In this document: piece after piece, positions 53,822-64,000 of the stretch | Layout of the letters: every line of letters begins with the position of its first letter | Numbering within the stretch: position 1 is the stretch's first letter | NCBI GenBank assembly: GCA_963786955.1 | Contig: CAWBAT010000003.1 | Location: 192,001 to 256,000, forward strand | DNA from: an uncultured Acidimicrobiia bacterium | Lineage (GTDB): Bacteria; Acidobacteriota; Terriglobia; Versatilivoradales; Versatilivoraceae | Direction: 5' to 3' | Length of the DNA stretch: 64,000 nucleotides | Translations under genes and position numbers: made by a program | The notes under the pieces: model-generated | What the model was told of the DNA's origin: nothing | The model's input: the letters and a program-made list of their open reading frames with translations, nothing else | Databases searched by the model: none

Positions 53822-54026
53822 TTGTTTTACATAACTGTGACAGAGTTGCGCGTTATTCGTTCGCCCGTCTAGAACCAATAAAATTGAAAGCAGTGACCAA
53901 GAATATTATGAGTGAGATGACCCAGTCATAAATTTCTCCGAAAAAATTATCGTGTTAAGCAAGCAAAGAATTTTGTCGATTCCCCTAACATTAAAGCAGT
54001 GCAATACCCTCTCAAAGGAGAACAGC

Positions 54027-57000
54027 ATGAGTAAGTTTGGGCAACGGATGTTAGTTTATGCCAGTGTGGTGATTCTTACCCTAGTAGCTACGGTTTCTCC
54101 CTTCATGGCGCAGACCAACCGGGGCACGATCACGGGAACAGTAACCGATGCGTCTGGAGGTTTGGTCGTGGGGGCCACTATTACTGCCATCAATACCGGG
54201 ACAAACGTTCGTACGACGGCAACAAGCGGAACAGGGGGGAGTTTTACCGTCCCGCTCCTGCAGGTGGGGCAGTATCAGGTGACGGTCGAACACCCGGGCT
54301 TCAAGAAATTTGTTCAGGGCAACATCATCGTAAACATTGCTCAAATTACTCGCGTGGATGCCAAACTGGAAATAGGGCAGGTCAGCGAATCCGTCGAAGT
54401 CTCTGCAGTGGCAGTCCAGGTTCAGGCCGATAGTTCTGAACGAGGTGTGATTATTTCGGGGAAGCAAGTTCTTGATTTGCCCTTGGTGGGGGTGCAGGAG
54501 GTACGCAATCCGGCCTTTTTCATTTCGCTCGTTCCTGGAGTCACCAGCAGAGGGACGGCTTATGGCACTTATAGCGGTGGCGGTCGGCAGTTAAATACCA
54601 CCGTCAATGGAAGCCCGAGCGGCAGTATTGAGTGGCTTCTCGAAGGCGCCAATATTGGTCAAGGAACCGTTTTGTCAGGGAGTTTTCAACAACTCCCCTT
54701 TCCCCCAGACGTGGTGGGAGAGTACAACGTGATGACGCTCCTTCCTCCGGCGGAATTCGGACAATCCGGGTTAGGAATCACCAACTTTACATTGAAGAGC
54801 GGGACGAACGGAATTCATGGCACAGTCTATGAGTATTTCCGCAACACTGCCTTGGATGCAAGGGGCTTTTACGCTGCGAAGACGCCTAGGAACATGCAGA
54901 ATGAATTCGGAGCGACTGTCGGCGGGCCGATCCACAAAGACAAGACTTTCTTCTATGGGTGGTATACGGGGTTCCGCAACATTAAGGAGCCTGGCGCCAA
55001 CTCTAATGATACTGTTCCCACCGATGCGATGAAGAACGGCGACTTGAGTAACATTCTCGGCCCCCAGATTGGCACTGATGCCCTGGGTCGGCCGGTTTTA
55101 TCAAATGCCATTTACGATCCGGCAACTACGCGACTCGTCCCGGCAGGTGCGATTGACCCGGGTACCGGTCTCGTCAACAGCAGTGGTGCCGCCGCGTGGA
55201 TGAGGGATGCGTTCCCGGGAAACATCATCCCGCAAAACCGGATTGATCCTGTGGCTAAGAATATGTTTTCGTACTTTCCGAGCGTGGGGACTTGCTCGAC
55301 TTGCCGCTATGGTTACCAGTACAGAATTGGAACACGGCGCAGGAATCACGTCAACCGACAGCATCAACAATTGGGGTGTCAAACTTGACCATGTGTTCTC
55401 CGACAAAAACCGGATCTATGGATCTTATATGTGGAAGAGTGAGTATGTTCCAGCGGGTTCGAAATATCCAGACCCGATTGGTGAAGGTTCCTACTCGACA
55501 AACGGATGGCGCGTTCTTCGCATCAGCCAGGATTATTTCATGAGGACGAACCTGGTCAACCACTGGACGTTTGGATTTAATCGGGAGTGCTAATGCCAGT
55601 CTCCCGACGGCGGGCTTTGGCTGGCCGGCAGTCCTCGGATATTCGGGTGTGCCTCAGACGGGTCTTGGGTCGGTCTTCCCGGAAAGTGATATCGCAGGCT
55701 TGGGGGCCACTTACGCGAGACAGGGTGTGAATACTTCATGCCAATAACAATTTCAGTATTGCGGACGACATCACCTGGATCAAAGGAAAGCATACGATCA
55801 AGGGCGGCTTCAGTTACATGAAGTTGCAAGTAAACCAGTTGGGAACCAGTTACTCGGCCAGTTATAACCAATACAATGCCGGACCGACCGGGCTTATGGA
55901 CTCCAAATTTTATGATGCCGGCTGCGCGGTAGGTGGCAACTGTACAGGGATGGGAGTTGGAAGCTTCCTCTTAGGCTTGCCGACCAGTGGCACGGTAGGC
56001 ATCACTGCGACAGAGGTCGCGGATCGAATGGGGCGATGGGCAGGTTATGTCCAGGACGATTACAAGATGAGCTTCAAAGCTTACCTTCAACATGGGTCTT
56101 CGTTGGGACGCGTTCCTGACCCACCGTAGACGCGCACAACCAAAAATCATGGCTGGATCCATTCACGATGAATACCGCTATCGGGATCCCAGGTGCCATG
56201 GTATATGCGTCAGATGCAAAGCGTGCGCCATCGACTACTTATATGAAGAATTTTGGACCACGTTTTGGGTTTGCCTATAGCCTCAACCCGAAGACGGTAA
56301 TACGGGGTGGGTACGGGATGCTATACACAGCCGGAGGGGCCCAACGTTCCTTGGCAAGTGCTTGGGAACAATTGGGGTACAATGGTTCCCAGGGTTGCGG
56401 CCAGTCTTCCCTTGGCGGGTTTTCAGGAGCGGTGTCTTGCTCTCCCCAGGGTCTAGCGATGTCCACATGACCCTCGCCACCGGTTGGCCTGCTCAATACT
56501 TCCTACCTGTGGGGAATCTCACTCAAAACGCCTTTGATGGCCAAGGTCCACCGACGTGGGGGCCATGGCCTGGGGATGAGATCCCGCCCAATATCCAAAC
56601 TGCGCAGCTTCAGTATCCAGCGGCAGCTTCCAGGGCAGATTATTCTCGATGTTGGCTATGTTTGGACCAAAGGAACACATTTGTCGAGTCGTTTGATCCA
56701 CAGTAATGTGGTGGAGGTCTAAATCAGAGCTTCGGGGCCGATCTCTTCAAGAACATTGCGGATCCTACCATCCAGGCTCTTCCCAGTTGTACAGGCGATG
56801 CCGATCGATCCCGCGAACGGCAGGCATGCTCCATTCACGGGGTTCCAGACTCTGTGGGGTAGCGGTGCCCAACTGGGCCAGGCATTGCGTCCAATGCCGC
56901 AGTACCGGAACGACAGCGTTCAAGGGCTTTCGCAATTGCGGGATTTGGAGAAACTCAGGGGATGTCAACCTATAATGCCCTCCAAATTCAGGCCAGGAAG

Positions 57001-57776
57001 AATCTATCCTATGGCTTGAGCTTCCTGGTATCGTACACCTGGTCCAAGACTCTTACGAATGCAGGAAGTCTAATCAATGAATTCGCAGGATTCACCCAGG
57101 ACTTCTATAACACAGGTGGTGAGAGAGCGCTGAGCCTCAATGATTATCCGAGTAACTTGGCGATTTCCTATCAGTACGAATTGCCCTTCGGTCCGGGCAA
57201 GAAATGGGCGAACCAAGGGGGAGTGATTAACAAGGTGGTTGGAGGATGGAGCGTTGCCGGATTCAGGTCTTACCGGAGCGGCGCCCCTCAGGGGGTCTTT
57301 TCTTCAGGTAATTCCCTTAACCCTTACATGTCGGATAACAGTTTCACCACCCGCGCCAACCGCGTTCCCGGCGTGCAGAAGTATTCGGATGCCTGGCTCA
57401 ATGGGACCTGGGATCCCAATGGTGCTGGAGCGCTGGGGCAACGATACAACATCAATGCTTGGAATGACCCAGCTCCTTTTACGTTTGGGACCACTCCAGT
57501 CAACGGATGGCGATATCCGCCAATTGCCTTACCTGAATGAGGATATCTCCATCATCAAACGGACCAACATTAATGAACGGGTTAGCGTTGAATTCCGTTG
57601 TGATTTCCTGAACGCCTTCAACCGTGTCCTTTTCGGCTTCGATCAGGGTGGGGACCAGTACGGCCAAGCTATCAGGCGGGCGGTATTGGAGGTGGCGTGA
57701 ATGGTACTTCGGCCGCGTGGCAGTCCAGACGAATGCCCCGCGCGAAATTCAATTCGGATTAAAGATCAACTACTAA
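54027..57776 (+). CDS. TonB-dependent receptor with N-terminal carboxypeptidase-regulatory-like domain (Oar-like); multiple frameshifts
   Basis: AAGGAG RBS; [12 protein letters not shown]; [17 protein letters not shown]; [12 protein letters not shown]; YVQDDYK; [10 protein letters not shown]; YNALQ; ends [12 protein letters not shown]. Confidence 0.9.
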
Positions 57777-57807
57777 GTTTTACAAGCTAGAAAGTTAATT
57801 TAAGCAT

Positions 57808-57849
57808 AAGGATGAGGACCAGGAATAACTGGTCCTCATCCTTTTTTTT
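57808..57849 (+). terminator. Rho-independent terminator
   Basis: AAGGATGAGGACCAG-gaataa-CTGGTCCTCATCCTT stem running into a T8 tract, 30 bp after the receptor stop. Confidence 0.88.
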
Positions 57850-58463
57850 GTCATCTTCTGCAGGGATTCTCTCGCCAAGGCGCTAAGGACGCCAAGACAA
57901 GTGAAAGAATCACTCGCCAAGGCGCGAGGGACGCAAAGAATGGGTTAGGGCGAAATAAGTCATATTGTTTTGTATTTAAACACATCAGTGAATCACGAGT
58001 TTGAAACGGATTTGTGTGAGACGGCTTATTTAGTAACGATTTAATGATTAGGACAGCACAATATAATTGCCAACGGCCTTACAGAAATCCCAAATATTAC
58101 TTTGCGCACTTGGCGTCTTGCGAGAGTAGAGAATGCTCTCGACAAGACGTAATGGAGCGCCAAGACAAGTGAAGGAATCTCTCGCCAAGACGCAGAGGAC
58201 GCCAAGAATAGATGAGAACCCGAAACGTAGCGTCTGATTGCAAACACCGAAGTTTCAGTAAACAAAACTCTTGGGTCTCGACAGTTGGAATGCGTGTGTG
58301 AGGCAATACAGCTTGGGAACTGCGAGAGGCGGAATTGGAGTTCGAGAGGCAACACTCTACCCAACTCGACGAACGCCTTATACGAAATCGATAAGGTCTT
58401 TGCGCACTTTGCGTCTTAGCGAGAGTAGAAAACGTTCTCGCCAAGGCGCAGAGGACGCCAAGA

Positions 58464-58547
58464 ATAGATGGGAATCAAATAGGTAAGATTGTTGTGGACT
58501 TCGCCGTTGCGTTACGCCGGGGGCTTGGACTGGGGTTGATAGGATAG
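58464..58547 (+). pseudogene. Degenerate 5' stub of a GxxExxY gene
   Basis: IDGNQIGKIVVDFAVALRRGLGLGLIG* aligns with MDENQIGRIVVDTAIAVHRGIGPGLLET of the gene at 59323 and directly follows a CGCCAAG motif. Confidence 0.7.
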
Positions 58548-58574
58548 GTCGAGAGACCCGGGGACTCTTGCAGT

Positions 58575-58720
58575 CCAAAGGTGTGCTTGGCAACCCGGCT
58601 TCTATAAACGAGGATTCGGTCGGCGAAACAGTTTAAATTCATGTCAGTGTATGTTGAAGAAAATCCCGTTCGGGCCGGCCTAGTGAACATACCTTCCGAT
58701 TGGAAATTGTCGTCTACCCA
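58575..58720 (+). pseudogene. 3' remnant of a RAYT-like transposase
   Basis: WQPGFY / RIRSAKQFKFMSVYVEENPVRAGLVNIPSDWK, split over two frames. Confidence 0.65.
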
Positions 58721-58933
58721 TCCAAGCTATCAGAGGATCGTGACCAAGCCCTGGCCTTGGATGTTTGAAAAGGAGTGAGCAGGAAAAAAATGGGAACCCT
58801 GACCGGGTGTCATTCGCCGCTGAGGACAGCGGCTCCCACAATGAGGAGTTTCCATTAAAATCTTTAATAGGGTGCCTGAGATTGTGAAACCTAGTGAAGG
58901 AATCTCTCGCCAAGGCGCTAAGGACGCAAAGAC

Positions 58934-59323
58934 CTATTCTCTTTCGGCGAGGCCGTTGACGATTCGGAAAATGCCATCCTTCATCTGTGCTTCCCCGAAG
59001 TTCAGCAAATAGCCCAGCTTCATGCCCGTGAGCTTTAAATAAGTAAGCAGTTGTTTCTTGTGGGCATTATTGATCGCCTCGATGGACTTCAACTCCAGAA
59101 TTACCTTCCCTTCGACGACGATGTCAGCTCTGAATCCCTCGTCAAACCTGAATCCACCGTACTCAATGGGAATGGGGATTTGTCGCTCAACCGTCAACCC
59201 TCGTTCTCGCAGTTCCTTCGCCAAAACAACCTCGTACACTGTCTCCAACAATCCTGGCCCAATTCCTCGGTGTACCGCAATGGCTGTGTCCACAACAATC
59301 CGACCTATCTGGTTCTCATCCAT
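58934..59323 (-). CDS. GxxExxY protein (PD-(D/E)XK-like nuclease fold), intact
   Basis: GPGLLETVYE, GFRADIVVEGKVILELKS, KQLLTYLKLT...GYLLNFG. Confidence 0.95.
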   Translation of the reverse strand: MDENQIGRIVVDTAIAVHRGIGPGLLETVYEVVLAKELRERGLTVERQIPIPIEYGGFRFDEGFRADIVVEGKVILELKSIEAINNAHKKQLLTYLKLTGMKLGYLLNFGEAQMKDGIFRIVNGLAERE

Positions 59324-59628
59324 ACTTGGCATCCATTACGTCTTATTGAGACCGGTCTCTACTCTCGCCAAGACGCCAAGTGCGCAAAGTGATCTATGGG
59401 ATTTCTGCAAGGCCGTTGGCAATTAATATTGTGCCGTCCTTGAATAATTAAATCGTGACCAAATAAACCGTCTCAGATAAATTCGGTTCAAGCTCGTGAT
59501 TCACTGATATGTTTGTATACACAACTATATCACCTATTTCGCCCTAACTCATTCTTTGCGTCCTTTGCGTCTTAGCGAGAAAAGGCTTCAATATTCTGTA
59601 TCGGGAAGGGACCCGACTGTATAAGAGC

Positions 59629-60828
59629 TCACTGGGGTGTTGTTCGGGCGCGTTGGTAGACTTTCTCTTTCTCGGCTGCCGAGAGCCTCTGGACTTCCTT
59701 CAGTTCCAGGGCACTCGCTTTCTTGTCACCCAGCTCGCGATAAACCTGTGCCAGGAAATAATGCGTCTGCGTGTCATTGGGTTCAGACGAGAGGGCGGTG
59801 AGAAGCTCCGCTTTGGCCTTCTCCAGGTCCTTCAGAGCCAGGTAACATTTTCCCAGGAGAAAATGAGGGCGTGACGCACCGGGCTGGGCGGCCGAGGCGA
59901 CGCGCAAGTAATCCATGGCCCCGGCACAATTGTCCCGGCCCACGGCGAACTCAGCGAGGTAGAGGTTGACCCGGAAGTCATTGGGGTCCTCGCGCAGGGC
60001 CTGCAAGAATTCCTTTTCCGCCTCATCAATCTGTTTCAAATTTCGATAGGCTACTCCCAGCGAGTAATGCAGACCAGGAGCGTCTGGACGTTTGCCCAGC
60101 GCAGCCCGATATTCTTTGAGCGAGGCTTCGTAGAGCTTGTTACTGGCGTAAACTTCGCCCATCAACGCATGTAACTGGAAAGAGTCGGGGTCAAGGTCGG
60201 TAAGAATTTGGATGACATCGAGAGCGGCGTTCATGTGGAGCCGTGCGAGTTGGTAGAGCGCGTCGGCATCCTTGGGATTTCTGGCCAAAGACTGATTGAA
60301 CTGGGCGATGGCATCATCCGAACGGCCAAGTGACACGAGGGCGATGGCGTTGTAGTAATGGCATCGCGGGTGGGGGCTGGGCGTTGAGAGTTCGGCTCGG
60401 AAACTATCCGTGGCTTTTTGAAACTGGTTGAGGCCGAGGAAGGAAGCGCCAAGAAAGAAATTGACTTCAGGATATTGAGCTGAGAAAGATAACGCGCGCT
60501 GAAACGCTTCAATCGATTCCTGAAACTTGAGTTCCGTCTGGTAGAGGATGCCGAGGCGCTTGTAGACTTCAGGATCGTTGGGGGCGAGAGCTAAAGCCTG
60601 TCGATAATTGCCCTCGGCGCTTCTATAGTCACTGGCCTTTTCATAAACACGCGCCTGATCGAGGAGCGATTTCACATCTGCGGGTCTCCCAAAAATTTGC
60701 TGCGGCGAGGCAACCAGCAAGAGCGCCCAAATGAGAAGATAGGCGCACGAAGTGGAGGACCGAATAAAAATGGGAACAAACATGGCCGTGAGCTTTGGAT
60801 GAGTGATCACTTGTTGATGTACCTCCAC
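59629..60828 (-). CDS. Secreted TPR protein
   Basis: Signal-like N-terminus (true start probably ~60783); many TPRs; PDSFQLHALMGE motif. Confidence 0.88.
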   Translation of the reverse strand: MEVHQQVITHPKLTAMFVPIFIRSSTSCAYLLIWALLLVASPQQIFGRPADVKSLLDQARVYEKASDYRSAEGNYRQALALAPNDPEVYKRLGILYQTELKFQESIEAFQRALSFSAQYPEVNFFLGASFLGLNQFQKATDSFRAELSTPSPHPRCHYYNAIALVSLGRSDDAIAQFNQSLARNPKDADALYQLARLHMNAALDVIQILTDLDPDSFQLHALMGEVYASNKLYEASLKEYRAALGKRPDAPGLHYSLGVAYRNLKQIDEAEKEFLQALREDPNDFRVNLYLAEFAVGRDNCAGAMDYLRVASAAQPGASRPHFLLGKCYLALKDLEKAKAELLTALSSEPNDTQTHYFLAQVYRELGDKKASALELKEVQRLSAAEKEKVYQRARTTPQ

Positions 60829-60895
60829 CTAAGAATGCCCTGAGTTTTCGGTAGCCCGGTGCTGAACTTCGAGGCTAGGAGTTTCGACGTCTTCA

Positions 60896-60940
60896 GCGGC
60901 TTTGCCGCTAGATGTACGGAAAGTCTCTGACTTTCCGCGC
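60896..60940 (+). repeat. REP flanking the RAYT (left)
   Basis: GCGGCTTTGCCGC-TAGATGTAC-GGAAAGTC-TCT-GACTTTCC-GCGC; inverted partner at 61586-61629. Confidence 0.8.
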
Positions 60941-60963
60941 CACCGCTCCTCGGTTTCTAGGGG

Positions 60964-61545
60964 CTATGCCCCAGCTGCAGATTTCCTCCACTTTATGCTA
61001 TCGACGCCGACATCCAATGGTTCGTTTTCGGTCGCAAGTCTCTGCCAAACCCTGGCACTTGACCAAGAATAATCCATGGCCTTTTCCACCAGTCCGGCAC
61101 GCACTGGGTTCTGGTGAATGTAATTTACCTTCTGCATCAACACCTTTTCGCTGAAGATGGAAAAGACGTTCGATTCATGACCCCAGAGCGAGTAAAGATG
61201 GTGCCGTTTCCCCTCGTCGTGCCGCAGTTTTCGCAGCGACTGTTCGTACTTTTGCCGCCTTAAGTACTCGATCACCTCGTGAGCAATCGTGCCTTTGATA
61301 TAGCGAAGCATCACAGAGGCTTGCCTTGGGTTGTCGGTTAACAAATGCAAGTGATCCGGCATGAGGACATAGGCCAGCAGCAGGAACCCACAAGATTGAC
61401 GGGCTTGATTGATCCCTTGACATGTGATGGCCTTAATAGGATCAGTCTGAAACACTGGGAGACGGTCTTTTGCAACGGCGGTGATGTAAAGACTGGGTGT
61501 ATCTCTAGACACTCGAAACCTGCTAGTCGTCATCTTTGGCCTCAC
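60964..61545 (-). CDS. REP-associated tyrosine transposase (RAYT, IS200-like HUH)
   Basis: YITAV...R.PVF; AYVLMPDHLHLL HUH motif; YIHQNPVRAGLV..A.DYSWSSA. Confidence 0.92.
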   Translation of the reverse strand: MRPKMTTSRFRVSRDTPSLYITAVAKDRLPVFQTDPIKAITCQGINQARQSCGFLLLAYVLMPDHLHLLTDNPRQASVMLRYIKGTIAHEVIEYLRRQKYEQSLRKLRHDEGKRHHLYSLWGHESNVFSIFSEKVLMQKVNYIHQNPVRAGLVEKAMDYSWSSARVWQRLATENEPLDVGVDSIKWRKSAAGA

Positions 61546-61585
61546 GGACTGTAGGGCGTAGCCCCAGAATCAAAGATGCTGAATT

Positions 61586-61629
61586 GGCGGAAAGTCAAAG
61601 ACTTCCCGTACATCAGGCGGCAGAGCCGC
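61586..61629 (-). repeat. REP flanking the RAYT (right, inverted)
   Basis: GGCGGAAAGTCAAAGACTTCCCGTACATCAGGCGGCAGAGCCGC is the near reverse complement of 60896-60938. Confidence 0.8.
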
Positions 61630-61789
61630 CAAACCTGGAAACATGATTGTTTCGTAGTAGTTTCTTCGTCATTCAAAACACCTCCCATCCTCTGCGAGTT
61701 GCCTTCGAGCCTGGAAACTCCAAATCCCTCGTTTCAGCAACGGGGCAGTAAATGGGTTGACAACCCTATACGGGCATTAATGGTGTTGG

Positions 61790-63127
61790 CTATTGAGTCC
61801 CCGAATCTTTCAGTTTTTGTACAGCCTCTTGGAGCCTCTCCCTCGCCTTTTCTTGGCCTTCACGAGTCAATCGTTCGAAGGCCTGAATGTGCTTTTGGCT
61901 TTCCTCCTTGTTTCCCAAGCGTGCATAAAGCTCGGCAAGCTGGAAGTGGACTTCCTTTAAATCGGGGTCTTGTTCCAGAGCCTTGTTGAAAACTTGAACG
62001 GCGCGTTCGGGATCTCCAGTGCCAACGTAACATTTTCCGAGCAGGACGTAGGCCTGGGTCAATTGGGGGTAGACAGAAATAGTCACTTCAAGGTGCGGGA
62101 TAGCCTGAAGAAATTCTTTGTTCGTGACAAAGATGTCGGCGAGGTAATAATTAGCTAACGGCTGGTTGGGATCCTCTATTAGCGCTTGTTTCAGCTCCTG
62201 CTGGGCGTTCTCAAGATTCTTGTTCTGCCAGTAAACCTGGCCCAGGGCTACGTGGATTCCCGGGAAATTGGGGTTCTTGCGGCTGACTTCCTTGAATTCT
62301 TTAATGGCTTCTTCAAATCGAAAGTTATCTGCCAAGACCTCAGCTCGGATCGCATGGGTGAATTCTGAATCGGGATAAAGCTTCGCAAGATTTTCGGCAG
62401 CCCGTTGAGCCGCAACCTTGTAATCTACAGCCAGTTGATACAGAGTGGCCACATTCTGAGGATCGTCCTTCAGCAAGATTTCCAATTGCTGGATAGCTTC
62501 CAGAAGCCGGCCTGACGAACTGAGTGCCAAAGCCAGGTAGTATCGGGCCTGCCTATCTTTGGGATTGCCCGTGAGTTCTTTTTGGGTCGCTTCTATGGTC
62601 TTATCGAACTTGTTTAATGCATAATACGAAATCCCCAGCAATGAATTCACCCCGGGGTAGAGAGGAGCCCGCCGGAGAATTCTCTGAAATATCTCAATCG
62701 ACTCATCATATTTTGCCTTGTTGCTGGCAAATGAGACCCAATCTTTTGAGAATCTCGGGATCATCCGGAGAAATGAGCAATGCTTTCTTGTAAACTCCCT
62801 TCGGCCGCACTCATAGTTTTTGCCCTTCTCCAATTCGAAGGCCTGGTTGAGCAGGCTTTCCATGCTGTCTGACTTGGTTTGGGCGTGAATCAGGTTGGCA
62901 GTCATCAGGATGATTGCCAAGGGGACGACAACGACCAAGGTGTTCCTCCATTCATTTGCCTTAAGCTGTGAAAAACTTCGAATACGCCGCGTGAGGTTGA
63001 GGCAATGAGAAAGCCTCAAGCCTACAATGACTGCAAGGAGTTGTGTAGGTGTTGTAAGCGGATTCCCCTGACCAGGCGGAGTATTTTCAAGCATTCCCTT
63101 CAGAGGGGGTGAGAAAAGTGAGGTCAT
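61790..63127 (-). CDS. Secreted TPR protein, paralog of 59629-60828 (start uncertain; compensating frameshifts ~62720-62810)
   Basis: TPRs; PDSEFTHAIRAE motif; hydrophobic signal near 62940. Confidence 0.82.
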   Translation of the reverse strand: MTSLFSPPLKGMLENTPPGQGNPLTTPTQLLAVIVGLRLSHCLNLTRRIRSFSQLKANEWRNTLVVVVPLAIILMTANLIHAQTKSDSMESLLNQAFELEKGKNYECGRREFTRKHCSFLRMIPRFSKDWVSFASNKAKYDESIEIFQRILRRAPLYPGVNSLLGISYYALNKFDKTIEATQKELTGNPKDRQARYYLALALSSSGRLLEAIQQLEILLKDDPQNVATLYQLAVDYKVAAQRAAENLAKLYPDSEFTHAIRAEVLADNFRFEEAIKEFKEVSRKNPNFPGIHVALGQVYWQNKNLENAQQELKQALIEDPNQPLANYYLADIFVTNKEFLQAIPHLEVTISVYPQLTQAYVLLGKCYVGTGDPERAVQVFNKALEQDPDLKEVHFQLAELYARLGNKEESQKHIQAFERLTREGQEKARERLQEAVQKLKDSGTQ

Positions 63128-63385
63128 CGGGTAATGGTTATGTCCAGAACTCAGTGTGATTGATTCCTATTCCTGCCGACCTAATTGGAGGCTGGAGGGG
63201 ATCAACGATACACTCGCGCTCACATTATCGCCCATTCCAAGACCAACCGTGGAAGACCGAAACGCCAAGGACGCGAAGCGCGCCAAGGAAAATATGGATG
63301 CAACTGAAGACTCACGGGTGGTAAGAGAATCGTACCGGGGTACTGTGCCTAGCATCAGCACGACGGTCTTCGTGGGTAATGGGGT

Positions 63386-64000
63386 TCAGTTGTTCCCTGC
63401 GGCATTTTGCTTCTCCATGGCCTTCTCGTTTGTTGCTTTCATCTTCTCTTTCTTCTTCTCTCGTTCTTCGTGATCGAGCTTTTGGAAAACTTCAAGGTGG
63501 TATTGCCGTTTGTCTGGCTGTTGGAGCCGCGTATAAACTTGTGCAAGCTGGTAATGCACCATTTTTTCATTGGGCCCCAATTCTTCGGCCTTTAACAAGA
63601 GCTTAAGTGCGTCCTCGAACCTTCCCTGTGCGATATAACACTTGCCCAGCTCTAAATACCCCAGCATGAACAAGGGGGCGGCTGCCACAACAGTTTCCAG
63701 GCGGGGAACGGCTTCCGGCATCCTCTGACCCTTAATCAGGATGTCGGCCAGGTAAAAATTGGCCATCGGGTGGTTGGGGTCTTCGCTTAAGGCGAGTAGC
63801 AGTTCCGGTTCGGCAGTTAGGGTAATCGACTTTATTGTAATAAAGCAATCCCAGCGCGAAATGGATTCCTGGAAAATTAGGGTCTTTTCCAAGAGTTCTT
63901 TGTATTTTTCGATGGCTTCAGGGTATTTTTCCCCGTCTGCAAAGCTTTCTGCCTTGAAAACCAGCATGTAAGTCGAGTTTGCATCGAGTGTCGCCCAACT
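63386..64000 (-). CDS. TPR protein, C-terminal part (5' end outside window)
   Basis: HPMANFYLADILI, YLELGKCY, VHYQLAQVY; third paralog of the array. Confidence 0.82.
   Translation of the reverse strand, partial: SWATLDANSTYMLVFKAESFADGEKYPEAIEKYKELLEKTLIFQESISRWDCFITIKSITLTAEPELLLALSEDPNHPMANFYLADILIKGQRMPEAVPRLETVVAAAPLFMLGYLELGKCYIAQGRFEDALKLLLKAEELGPNEKMVHYQLAQVYTRLQQPDKRQYHLEVFQKLDHEEREKKKEKMKATNEKAMEKQNAAGNN

Larger units (their letters stand above)
57868..59580. mobile_element. Composite CGCCAAG-repeat locus: ~255-bp inverted repeats enclosing a GxxExxY gene, a GxxExxY stub and a RAYT remnant
   Basis: 57912-58164 is a diverged reverse complement of 59325-59580; CGCCAAG motifs at about 57868, 57913, 58100(-), 58136, 58178, 58397(-), 58436, 58903, 59325(-), 59362 and 59553(-). 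Confidence 0.78.

Noticed and set aside
57868-58463. CGCCAAG repeats as a CRISPR array or integron attC sites
   Set aside because: Copies alternate in orientation with variable spacing; no GTTRRRY cores, integrase or cas genes were seen.
1-64000. Pervasive frameshifts as mass pseudogenisation or programmed frameshifting
   Set aside because: They hit many unrelated genes, are often compensating or near homopolymers and come without in-frame stop substitutions, which fits long-read indel error. Read polishing is needed to confirm.

Overview
A 64-kb chromosomal segment whose gene content (carboxypeptidase-domain TonB-dependent receptor, CRTAC1/ASPIC-UnbV proteins, many TPR proteins, PSD1/DUF1501 pair) suggests an Acidobacteriota-like diderm; this taxonomy is inferred. 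Many genes carry single-base frameshifts, probably long-read indel errors. Two things stand out. (1) At 1-8.5 kb is an apparent porin-cytochrome extracellular electron transfer operon: the end of one multiheme cytochrome c, a giant (~40 CxxCH by manual count) cytochrome built from ~11 tandem triheme repeats, a beta-barrel outer-membrane protein, a secreted protein, a His-rich 4-TM inner-membrane protein and a TPR protein, preceded by a sigma54-like promoter. (2) Small nuclease-fold genes (two GxxExxY, one DUF559, one RAYT) each sit among their own cognate inverted or palindromic repeats. Gene-less MITE/REPIN-like copies of those repeats, 5' gene stubs and truncated cargo are scattered through intergenic space, suggesting RAYT/REPIN-like selfish elements run by non-HUH nucleases. 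The rest is housekeeping or metabolic (eno, lysC, Fe-S D-lactate dehydrogenase, MFS, GH88, OYE, UroD-family, USP), plus an MNT-HepT toxin-antitoxin pair and a PadR regulator divergent from two MamS/MamX-like proteins. No rRNA, tRNA or CRISPR array was seen.
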